Notes under the pieces: generated by a model
What the model saw: only the letters and a program-made list of their open reading frames with translations
The model's database searches: none
Told to the model about the DNA's origin: nothing
Source of the DNA: Synechococcus elongatus PCC 6301
GTDB lineage: Bacteria; Cyanobacteriota; Cyanobacteriia; Synechococcales; Synechococcaceae
Length of the DNA: 32,000 bases
Assembly (NCBI RefSeq): GCF_000010065.1
Contig: NC_006576.1
Coordinates: 930,001-962,000 of the forward strand
Direction: 5' to 3'
Part shown: piece after piece, positions 20,575 to 28,646 of the stretch
Layout of the letters: every line of letters begins with the position of its first letter
How positions within the stretch are numbered: the stretch's first letter is position 1
Made by a program: the position numbers and the translations under genes

Positions 20575-21599
20575 GCGGTCGGCCAGTTGACCCAGTCTTG
20601 GGGCTTGAGGAAGACATCGTAGAGCTCTTGCTCGCGACTGCCGGCCTCCGGTTGATACATGTATTCCCAGCGCACCAGCGGCGGCAAGGACATCAGGATC
20701 GACTCGGTGCGGCCGTTAGTTTGCAGCCCGAAAATCGTGCCGCGATCGTAAACAAGGTTGAATTCGACGTAGCGGCCTCGACGGTAGAGCTGGAATTGGC
20801 GCTCGCGATCGCCCCAAGGGGTATCTTTGCGACGTTCCACGATCGGACTGTAGGCTGGCAGGAAGGTACGACCGCAATCTTGGGCAAAAGCAAACAGTTT
20901 TTCCCAGTTGAGATCGGAAACAATGCCGACTTCAGCCGCTTTTTGACCCGCAGGGCCGGAAGGAGCGGGCCCCTTGTTGTAGAGGTCGCCACGCCCGTCT
21001 TGGTAGTCGAAGAAGATGCCGCCAATGCCGCGCGTTTCACCGCGATGCTTGAGGAAGAAGTACTCATCACACCACAGTTTGAAGACGTCGTAGAACTGCG
21101 GGTAGTGGCGATCGCAAGCAGCCTTAAAGCTGCTGTGGAAGTGCTTGGCGTCTTCCGCAAAGGGATAGTAGGGCGTTAGGTCAGCGCCGCCGCCAAACCA
21201 CCAGACAGGCCCTGCCTCGAAGTAGCGATAGTTGAGGTGCACCGTTGGGATGTAGGGATTGCGCGGGTGCAGCACCATCGAGGTGCCCGTCGCAAAGTAG
21301 CCATGGCCGGCAGCTTCGGGATACTGCGCCAGGATCGAAGGCGGCAGTTTTTCGCCCCAGACTTCCGAGAAGTTAACGCCGCCCTGCTCGAAGACATTAC
21401 CTTCACGGATGACGCGCGATCGCCCGCCACCCCCTTCAGGACGCTCCCAGCTGTCCTCTCGAAATTGGCCACCGCCATCGAGCGCTTCTAGACCTGCGCA
21501 AATCTCGTCTTGCAGGGTCTGCATGAACTGCTTGACCCGCTCGCGCGAGTCACTTGGAGGCACCGGAACGGTCGTAAGGTTCGGAGTGGCGACGGTCAT
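20571..21599 (-). CDS. hemF: Oxygen-dependent coproporphyrinogen III oxidase
   Basis: HemF sequence throughout ([73 protein letters not shown]). I prefer the ATG at 21599 over the TTG at 21626. Confidence 0.93.
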   Translation of the reverse strand: MTVATPNLTTVPVPPSDSRERVKQFMQTLQDEICAGLEALDGGGQFREDSWERPEGGGGRSRVIREGNVFEQGGVNFSEVWGEKLPPSILAQYPEAAGHGYFATGTSMVLHPRNPYIPTVHLNYRYFEAGPVWWFGGGADLTPYYPFAEDAKHFHSSFKAACDRHYPQFYDVFKLWCDEYFFLKHRGETRGIGGIFFDYQDGRGDLYNKGPAPSGPAGQKAAEVGIVSDLNWEKLFAFAQDCGRTFLPAYSPIVERRKDTPWGDRERQFQLYRRGRYVEFNLVYDRGTIFGLQTNGRTESILMSLPPLVRWEYMYQPEAGSREQELYDVFLKPQDWVNWPTA

Positions 21600-21939
21600 A
21601 GACGTGGCACGAATTTCGATCAGCAATGAGCTCGCTGGTTGTGGCTAGCACGGGGCAGGCTCCGCCTCTCATCATCCCAGCTTGAGCCGGATGCAGGCGC
21701 GGCAGCATTAACAAACTGTTGCAGAAGCCAAAAACCATTGAGCGATCAGCTATACAGCCTAATTTGGGTTAAGCGATCGCAATGAATGATGATCAAAGCA
21801 ACAAAACTAAGCCCGCCATTCAATTGCACGATCACTTGCCCAAACGATACTCAAAAGTTTTTAAGAGTGAGCTAAAAAGCTCAGTCGCCAACTATCAAAA
21901 TCAGGACAGTAGCTTGAGGCCAAAACGGCTAAGAATTGA

Positions 21940-23022
21940 TTACTGAACCTTGGACTTAAGGATTGCAGTAATGATTTGCTGATTCGCTTTTGGGAATGCG
22001 AATTCACTTAATTCAGTCGGCTCAACCCAGCGAACTTCCGCACATTCGATCGCCTGCGGTTCACCCTCTAAATGCTGACAGTAGTGAACGTGCAAGGTCA
22101 CTCGGAAATGCGTATAAGTGTGATCAACGGAAATTAAATGATCACCAACTGCGATCGCGATGCCCAGTTCTTCTTGAATCTCACGACGAATGCAGTCTTC
22201 GATGCTTTCACCCGCTTCAATCTTGCCGCCTGGAAATTCCCAGAGCCCGCCGAGCAATCCTTCCGGTTTACGTTGATCAATCAAAATCTGACCGCGATCG
22301 TTCCAAATCACCGCGACCCCAATTTGTTTGTGCGGGATTGGAGAGCTAGCTTCGCGCAAGGGCAGTTGTTCAGTCATTTGGGTATTGTAGGCAGCGCAGG
22401 CAAACGACCACGGGCAGCGATCGCAGACAGGTTTACGGGGCGTACAAATTGTCGCGCCCAAGTCCATGATCGCCTGATTAAAGTCGCGGGGCTGATCAGG
22501 ATCGATCAGCGCTTCTGACCATTGCCAGAGTTGAGCGATCGCTCGGGCCGGTGGCAACGGTAACGCCCCCAAACGAGCCAGAACTCGTTTGACATTGCCA
22601 TCGAGAATCGCTTGCGGTTGGTTGAAAGCCGCACTGAGAATGCCACCCGCTGTCGTGCGGCCAATGCCGGGCAGGGCTTCGACTGCAGTTGCAGACTCGG
22701 GAAAGCGCCCTTGATGCTCCGTCACAATCTGTTGGGCGGCGCGGTGCAAATTGCGGGCACGGCTGTAGTAGCCCAAGCCTTCCCAAGCTTTGAGAACGGC
22801 GTTGAGATCGGCAATCGCCAACACCTCTACGGTTGGAAACCGCTCCAGCCAACGCTGGTAGTAAGGAATGACCGTCTGGACTTGGGTTTGCTGCAGCATT
22901 ACCTCCGAAATCCAGATAGCGTAAGGGTCGCGAGTCTGCCGCCAGGGCAAATCACGACCCTGCTGCCCGTACCAGGCCAGCAGCGATCGCCGCAGTTCAG
23001 GAATGGCTGCCGCCGGAAACAC
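21940..23022 (-). CDS. mutY: A/G-specific adenine DNA glycosylase MutY with a MutT-like Nudix C-terminal domain
   Basis: 360 aa with the HhH-GPD domain: catalytic SEVMLQQTQV (Glu) and ILDGNVKRV (Asp), and a 4Fe-4S loop Cx6Cx2Cx5C (CTPRKPVCDRCPWSFAC). The C-terminal domain carries an intact Nudix box. The GTG start overlaps the upstream stop codon. Confidence 0.9.
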   Translation of the reverse strand: MFPAAAIPELRRSLLAWYGQQGRDLPWRQTRDPYAIWISEVMLQQTQVQTVIPYYQRWLERFPTVEVLAIADLNAVLKAWEGLGYYSRARNLHRAAQQIVTEHQGRFPESATAVEALPGIGRTTAGGILSAAFNQPQAILDGNVKRVLARLGALPLPPARAIAQLWQWSEALIDPDQPRDFNQAIMDLGATICTPRKPVCDRCPWSFACAAYNTQMTEQLPLREASSPIPHKQIGVAVIWNDRGQILIDQRKPEGLLGGLWEFPGGKIEAGESIEDCIRREIQEELGIAIAVGDHLISVDHTYTHFRVTLHVHYCQHLEGEPQAIECAEVRWVEPTELSEFAFPKANQQIITAILKSKVQ

Positions 23023-24002
23023 TAGCTAGCCAAGTATTCCTGCACTTGCGATCGAGCTTGGCGCAGGGTATGCAACGCTTCACGCTCCAACTGACGCACA
23101 CGCTCGCGACTGATTTGCAGGCGATCGCCAATTGAGGCGAGGGTCATCACCTGGCCATCCTCAAGTCCGTAGCGCAGGGCAATCACTTGTCGCTGTTGCT
23201 CAGTCAATTGATCCAAGAGGCGATCGATATCCCGACGCATTGAAGCTTGGAGGGTAAACTCTTCCGGCGTCGTGCAGTCGGTTTCTAGCAAGTCACCCAA
23301 CTCGGTGTCTTGGTTATCACCGACGCGCAAATCCAAGGACAAGGGATGCCGGGCTTTTTCGAGGTAATCACGCACCTGTGCTGGAGTCAGGTCCAGTGCC
23401 GCAGCAAGTTCCGGCAAGGTCGCCGTGCGACCTAGCTGCTGTGACAGCTGACGCTGCATTTTCTTGATCTTGTTGAGCTTTTCGGTGATGTGAATCGGCA
23501 GCCGAATCGTACGTGCTTTTTCCGCGATCGCCCGTGTAATTGCTTGGCGAATCCACCAATAGGCGTAGGTACTAAAGCGATAGCCTTTGGTCGGATCAAA
23601 TTTCTCGACGCCGCGCTGCATGCCGATCGTCCCTTCTTGGATCAAATCCAAGAGGTCCATATTGCGTTTCAGATATTTTTTGGCGACGGAAACGACAAGG
23701 CGCAGATTCGCCTCGATCATTTTGCGCTTGGCCTGCTCGCCCAGATGCTGTTGCTGACGCAACTCCTCGATCGACAGCCCTGCTGCTGCAGCCCACTCCA
23801 GATCACTAGGATCGCGATCGCCCTCTTCTGATTGCAGTGTCTGTCGGAGTTCCTGCAGCTTCATCCATTGCTGTACCCGCTTCCCAAGTACAACCTCTTC
23901 TTCATGGGTCAGCAGGGGCACCCGACCAATTTCACGGAGGTAGGTGCGGACTAAGTCGGAGGTAGGGGTTTCAGTTTTGGCCACGGGAAACCTCGGCAAC
24001 AC
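23022..24002 (-). CDS. Group-2 sigma-70 family RNA polymerase sigma factor
   Basis: 326 aa with no region 1.1. Regions 1.2 ([16 protein letters not shown]), 2 ([41 protein letters not shown]), 3 and 4.2 ([24 protein letters not shown]) are present. I cannot say which rpoD paralogue this is. Confidence 0.93.
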   Translation of the reverse strand: MLPRFPVAKTETPTSDLVRTYLREIGRVPLLTHEEEVVLGKRVQQWMKLQELRQTLQSEEGDRDPSDLEWAAAAGLSIEELRQQQHLGEQAKRKMIEANLRLVVSVAKKYLKRNMDLLDLIQEGTIGMQRGVEKFDPTKGYRFSTYAYWWIRQAITRAIAEKARTIRLPIHITEKLNKIKKMQRQLSQQLGRTATLPELAAALDLTPAQVRDYLEKARHPLSLDLRVGDNQDTELGDLLETDCTTPEEFTLQASMRRDIDRLLDQLTEQQRQVIALRYGLEDGQVMTLASIGDRLQISRERVRQLEREALHTLRQARSQVQEYLAS

Positions 24003-24217
24003 GGTGGACGACGAGCCTTGGCCAGTCAGAAGCGGTTCTGGCTGGTGAAGTTGTCTTAATTTTTGTTAACTTTCTTTCAGCTTACGTCATAAAGCTGAGG
24101 ACGCCTAGCGATCGCCCTATGAAAATTCGTGCTTGGAGAGCGATCGTGGCCCTGGAATTTTTCAGTTTCTGAGAACAATCGCCTGTGCTTAGCCGAGATC
24201 GAGACAGCAGACCGCAA

Positions 24218-24718
24218 CTACAGTGAGATCTCCTTCAGTACCAAGCCCTGAAATCCGGCCAGAACTCCGCCTGCAATCAGCGCCACCAAGATGCCAGCGG
24301 TCAGCACCCCGAAGCCAATGGAGGGCAGGGCATAGCGTCGGCGAATCCCCAAAATGACCGCCAAGGCTGCACCAGCCCAGGCACCTGTTCCTGGCAACGG
24401 AATCGCGACAAAAATTCCCAGCCCGATCGCACCGTAACGCTGCACCGTGGCTTCACCCTTGAGCCGCACCCGCCGCTCCAAGGCTTCCCAAAACCGCTCA
24501 AAGGGCGGCCAGCCTTCACACCACTGAATGATCCGAGGCAGCAACAGCAGCACGATCGGAATAACTAAGCTGTTGCCAATCAGAGCAAAGATCAGCGAGG
24601 TGCCAAGGTTGAGGTTGAGCGCTAAACCCAATGGAATAGCACCCCGGAGTTCGATCAGCGGCGTTGCCCCCATCAGCATCACCAGCAATTCCGACCAGGG
24701 GCGCTCTAACATCATCAC
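24218..24718 (-). CDS. Small membrane protein, putative small multidrug export family (COG2426-like)
   Basis: 166 aa with four predicted TM helices and the N-terminal motif PLIELRGAIPLG typical of that family. The start lies 15 nt after the pyrB stop. Confidence 0.65.
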   Translation of the reverse strand: MMMLERPWSELLVMLMGATPLIELRGAIPLGLALNLNLGTSLIFALIGNSLVIPIVLLLLPRIIQWCEGWPPFERFWEALERRVRLKGEATVQRYGAIGLGIFVAIPLPGTGAWAGAALAVILGIRRRYALPSIGFGVLTAGILVALIAGGVLAGFQGLVLKEISL

Positions 24719-24733
24719 TCGGTTTCCTTCGGT

Positions 24734-25750
24734 CTAGGCCGGAATTGCAGCGGGTACCGCTGCCCCAATCAGGTACAGCAAAGCCATGCGGACAGCAACT
24801 CCATTGGTGACTTGCGGCTGAATCAGACTGATCGACTCGTCTTCCATCAGGTCAGAGCTGAGTTCCACGCCTCGGTTGACCGGCCCGGGATGGAGGAGTT
24901 TCACGCTTGGCTGGCAGACCCGCAGGCGATCGCGCGTTAGGCCAAACTCCCGATGATATTCCCGCAAACTCGGCAGGAGCGACTGACTCATCCGCTCCTG
25001 TTGCAGGCGCAGAGTCATCACAAAATCAGCGTTTTCCAATGCGGACTCTAGTTGCCAGTGAATCTGGAGCTGGCGCGGCAATCCACTGCCAGGAATTGGG
25101 GTATTAGCAAACTGGGCAAACTCTGGAGGCAATAACGTCGGTGGAGCGGCTAAATGCACCTCAGCCCCGGCCGCCGTCAGGCTCCAAATGTTCGATCGTG
25201 CCACCCGCGAGTGAAGGATATCGCCGACGATCGCAATTTTCTTGCCCGCGATCGCACCCAGACTCGGTTGCTCCGGCTGAATCACACTGCAGATTGTGAA
25301 CAAATCCAACAGCGCTTGCGAGGGATGCTCGTGCTGACCGTCACCGGCATTGAGTACCCGCACCTCGGTGCCGAGCCGTTCCATTTCCCGCGCGATCGCC
25401 TGGGGAACGCCGGCCTGAGCATGGCGCACCACCATAATGTCACTGCCCATCGCCAGATAGGTGCGGGCCGTATCGAGAATAGTCTCGCCCTTGCTGAGCG
25501 ATGAACTGCTGGCCGCAAAGTTAATCGTGTCTGCCGATAGCCGTTTTGCCGCCAGTTCAAAGCTGCTGCGTGTCCGCGTCGATGGCTCAAAAAACAGCGT
25601 CGTTACCACCTGTCCCTGCAAGGTCGGCACTTTTTTATTACGCCGCTGCAGAACCTCAGCAAAGCCCGCCGCTGTACGCAACACCATTTCATATTCGACA
25701 GGGCTAAAGTCTGCTAACGACAGAATGTGTCGACGTTGCCAATCGCTCAC
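24734..25750 (-). CDS. pyrB: Aspartate carbamoyltransferase catalytic subunit
   Basis: The GTG at 25750 gives [15 protein letters not shown]...[22 protein letters not shown]...HPSQ..., 338 aa. GGGAG lies 7-8 nt upstream. The longer track ORF (to 25975) is an out-of-family extension running through the upstream gene. Confidence 0.9.
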
Positions 25751-26358
25751 ACGCTCACTCCCATTTGTTCTGCTTCTGCCCGGCGATCGCGGCGCGAAAC
25801 CGCTGGGCTTTCGGCCAAATACCAACGCCACGGCAAATCGACTCCTCGGGTCAGGCCAATCCGCGTCGTCTGAATCAGCGTTCCCAACGGGTAATCGGCA
25901 GCTTCTAGATCGAGAGGACTGGTTGGCCCCAGCCAGGATCCGTCCAGTTGGCGATCGATTGCTAAGAATCGGCACAGCCGTCCTGGCCCAGCCCCTGCGA
26001 TCGCCTCCGTATCAGGAAATTCCAGCGCCCGAATCAAAACAGCACTCGCCAAGTCTGCTGCTTCCGTCGCCAGATTGATGCAGTGATAGCGACCGTAGAT
26101 TTGATAGACGTAGACCTGTCCGGGCGGACCAAACATCGAGCGATTTCGTGCCGTCTGACGACGGTACCCATGGCAGGCTGGATCGCCGGCTTCGTAGGCT
26201 TCGGTTTCGACAATCCGCCCACGAATGACCCGACCATCCGCAAAACGGCGCACGAGCCAGCAGCCCAACAGGGCGATCGCGGCCTCCGTAGCAGGTTGGC
26301 TCAACAAGGGGTGCCAAGGTGATTCCAACAACGCCGCTGTGGTCACAACGCCCGCCAA
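25747..26358 (-). CDS. mpg: DNA-3-methyladenine glycosylase (Mpg/AAG family)
   Basis: 203 aa with [50 protein letters not shown] and [12 protein letters not shown], typical of the family. The start is uncertain (TTG at 26358 or GTG at 26346). Confidence 0.85.
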
Positions 26359-26442
26359 TCATTAAGAAAGCCGACAGGAGCCTCGCCAAGACCTGAGTGG
26401 CACGGCAAGCTGAGGGGTATCGGGTTGCGATCGCCGCGCACT

Positions 26443-26565
26443 ATGGACTTCAAGCTTGTTTTGCTCCTGCTCACCATCCCCTTCACCCTTGCGACGCTTT
26501 ACTTTGGAACGCGCAACGGCTTCTATGATTCTGATGATTACCACGGCAACGGCACAGCCCACTAG
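26443..26565 (+). CDS. Candidate small single-TM protein (40 aa), not in the ORF track
   Basis: Read directly from the ATG as MDFKLVLLLLTIPFTLATLYFGTRNGFYDSDDYHGNGTAH. It has one clean hydrophobic helix and an acidic/His tail. GC3 is 28/40 with the C-ending codon bias of host genes. The competing antisense 66-aa track ORF (26362..26562) translates to low-quality sequence. Confidence 0.5.
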   Translation: MDFKLVLLLLTIPFTLATLYFGTRNGFYDSDDYHGNGTAH

Positions 26566-26574
26566 CCTCAGAGA

Positions 26575-26886
26575 CTAACTTTCGGGCAGGTCACCACTGC
26601 TTTTGGGCAACTGTTCCGCTTCAGGACAATCTTCTGAGACTGTGATTTCGACATTGGTGCGCGGGAAGGTGGCCAGCCGCTGCGTGACCGCGCCAATGCT
26701 TTCGAGGCGCACCATTTCTTCCCAAGAGCAAATTTCGTCTTCTTCCTCGGTTTCGTAGCGAAGTGTTACCAAGTCGCCCTCGATATCGAGGATGCGAGCC
26801 CGTTCAATCCACCGTTGCTGATCTCGCAGGAACACCCAGACCTCCCGACCATCGCTACAGAGTTGGTAGATCTTGCGATGTAGCAT
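26575..26886 (-). CDS. Hypothetical acidic cytoplasmic protein (103 aa)
   Basis: The ATG at 26886 is preceded by GGAG with an 8-9-nt spacer. The sequence is MLHRKIYQLCSDGREVWVFLRDQQRWIERARILDIEGDLVTLRYETEEEDE.... I recognise no domain. Confidence 0.6.
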   Translation of the reverse strand: MLHRKIYQLCSDGREVWVFLRDQQRWIERARILDIEGDLVTLRYETEEEDEICSWEEMVRLESIGAVTQRLATFPRTNVEITVSEDCPEAEQLPKSSGDLPES

Positions 26887-27109
26887 CGTGGTTCTCCAGG
26901 GCAGACTTGTGAACGACCCGTGACCATCGGACTTAGGGGGCACCGTTCCCTGACGGGATTGGGCTGATCATAGTACACGCGTCCGGCTACCTCCATGATG
27001 CCCGATTTCCGCTGGTGACAGCGCAGCGATCGCTGGAGTGGGGCTCTCTGGATCCTCACACCTCAAGCAATTGCGCCAACCGTCAATTTCAGGTTCTGCG
27101 ATCGCCGGT

Positions 27110-27730
27110 CTAGGAACGGCCCCGACGTTCTAGCCGCGTGTAGGTGGCTTCAATGCGGCGCCACAGCTCTGCATCACCCTTCGCCCACTTCAGAGCGCCT
27201 TTGAGATACTGGCGGGCGCGATCGACTTTGTTTTGACCAATGAGTTGTTGTGCATAGTCGTAGTAAACCCAGCCTTTGAGTTGCTGGGCACGGGCATCGG
27301 TAGGCAACTGCTGGAGTAGTGCATCAACAACCAGCAGGGCCTGCACCAGTTTGCCCTGTCGTCGCAAATCTTCCAGTTGCACTTCGGCATTCCGACGCAG
27401 CAGCATCTGTTCGGGCGTCAACGGCGGGGGTGGGGGACTAGAAGCCGCCTGAGCCGAGGCTTGCCGCCGCACCACGGTGACCTTCGGGCCACCAGAATTC
27501 TCGGGAGCAGCCGCTGGATCTGCAGCCGCAGCAGCCGAGCGATCGCGGAGCGATTGCTGGAGGCATTGGTAAGCAAGGGTCAGTTCTTGAAACTGAGTTT
27601 GGGCCTCGGGGCTGTCGTTGTGATCGGGATGGAGCGCTTTGGCACGCTGGCGATAGTGGCGCTTGAGTTGCGCTTCATCAAAATCCAGTGGTAGTTGCAG
27701 CAGCAAGCGGGCTTGGGTGACAGCATCCAT
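27110..27730 (-). CDS. J-domain protein (DnaJ-like, no zinc finger, helical-repeat C-terminus)
   Basis: The N-terminal J domain carries the HPD tripeptide (LKRHYRQRAKALHPDHNDSPEAQTQFQELTLAYQCL). An Ala/Pro-rich linker follows, then a TPR-like C-terminal region. Confidence 0.8.
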   Translation of the reverse strand: MDAVTQARLLLQLPLDFDEAQLKRHYRQRAKALHPDHNDSPEAQTQFQELTLAYQCLQQSLRDRSAAAAADPAAAPENSGGPKVTVVRRQASAQAASSPPPPPLTPEQMLLRRNAEVQLEDLRRQGKLVQALLVVDALLQQLPTDARAQQLKGWVYYDYAQQLIGQNKVDRARQYLKGALKWAKGDAELWRRIEATYTRLERRGRS

Positions 27731-27892
27731 CCGAATTAGGGGGATTGAGACTTCACCACGCTAGCGATCGCCCCAGAGAGCGACCACTCGGCTAAGCAAT
27801 TTGATTGCAGTAAAGGCTGATTCTCAGCTTACGGATCTCCTGCGGCGGGCGGAAGTCAGTATTATCGGGGCAGCCTTCACCGACTGATTCCC

Positions 27893-28639
27893 ATGCTGTT
27901 GCAGCGTTCCACTTGGCCCGAAGTTGAAGCCTATCTGCAACAGAGCGATGGCATTATCATCCCGATCGGCTCTACTGAGCAGCACGGCCCGACAGGCTTG
28001 ATCGGCACAGATGCCATTTGCGCTGAAGCGATCGCCCAAGGAGTTGCCGATCGCACACAGGCGCTGGTCGGCCCGACGATCAATGTGGGTATGGCGCTGC
28101 ACCATCTTGGTTTTCCCGGCAGTGTCAGCTTGCGGCCGAGTACCTTGCTGCAGGTGATTGTCGACTATCTCAGCAGTCTGGCTCAGCATGGCTTTCGCCA
28201 CTTCTATTTCATCAATGGCCATGGCGGCAACATCGCCACAGTTCGGGCAGCCTTTGCTGAGTTTTACGCTGTTGCGGGCGATCGCCGCTGTCCTGAACCC
28301 GATCGCCTCCGCTGTCATCTAGCGAACTGGTTTATGGTGCCGGCAGTCACTAAGCTGGCCCGCGAGCTTTATGGCGATGAGGAAGGATCTCACGCCACCC
28401 CCAGCGAAGTGGCCCTGACACAATTCATCTACCCAGACTCAATCAAGACCGCACCGCTGACGGTTGAGGTTCACAGCAGCCACGCGATCTACGCAGCAGA
28501 CGATTTTCGCAGGCGCTACCCCGATGGCCGTATGGGTTCGAATCCGGCTTTGGCCACGCCAGAGCATGGCCAACAGTTCTACGAGAGTGCCGTGGCGGAA
28601 TTGAGCCAGTCCTATCAGGCTTTTTTGGCAGCAGACTGA
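27893..28639 (+). CDS. Creatininase-family amidohydrolase
   Basis: 248 aa with the N-terminal IIIPIGSTEQHGPTGLIGTD and HGGN motifs characteristic of the creatininase/MftE/ArfB-like fold. Confidence 0.8.
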   Translation: MLLQRSTWPEVEAYLQQSDGIIIPIGSTEQHGPTGLIGTDAICAEAIAQGVADRTQALVGPTINVGMALHHLGFPGSVSLRPSTLLQVIVDYLSSLAQHGFRHFYFINGHGGNIATVRAAFAEFYAVAGDRRCPEPDRLRCHLANWFMVPAVTKLARELYGDEEGSHATPSEVALTQFIYPDSIKTAPLTVEVHSSHAIYAADDFRRRYPDGRMGSNPALATPEHGQQFYESAVAELSQSYQAFLAAD

Positions 28640-28646
28640 GTCGTAC

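Noticed and set aside
24077-24098. 7-bp hairpin TCAGCTT-acgtcata-AAGCTGA between the small membrane protein gene and the sigma factor gene
   Set aside because: No U-tract follows on the transcribed (minus) strand and the stem is short and AT-rich. Evidence is insufficient to call it a terminator or operator.
25751-25975. 75-codon N-terminal extension of pyrB (track start 25975)
   Set aside because: It lies entirely within the mpg coding region in another frame. A GTG at 25750 with an upstream GGGAG gives the canonical PyrB N-terminus.
26362-26562. 66-aa minus-strand ORF between mpg and the 26575 gene
   Set aside because: It has a GTG start and the translation (…KVKRRKGEGDGEQEQNKLEVHSARRSQ…) looks like the antisense of the cleaner 40-codon plus-strand membrane peptide. 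It has no SD and no motif.
27053-27061. UCCUCACAC on the plus strand, resembling the conserved ACUCCUCACAC core of the cyanobacterial sRNA Yfr1
   Set aside because: Only 9 of 11 positions match (a chance 9-mer hit is expected about 0.2 times per window). The flanks lack the two required stem-loops, with no GC-rich terminator hairpin plus U-tract downstream.
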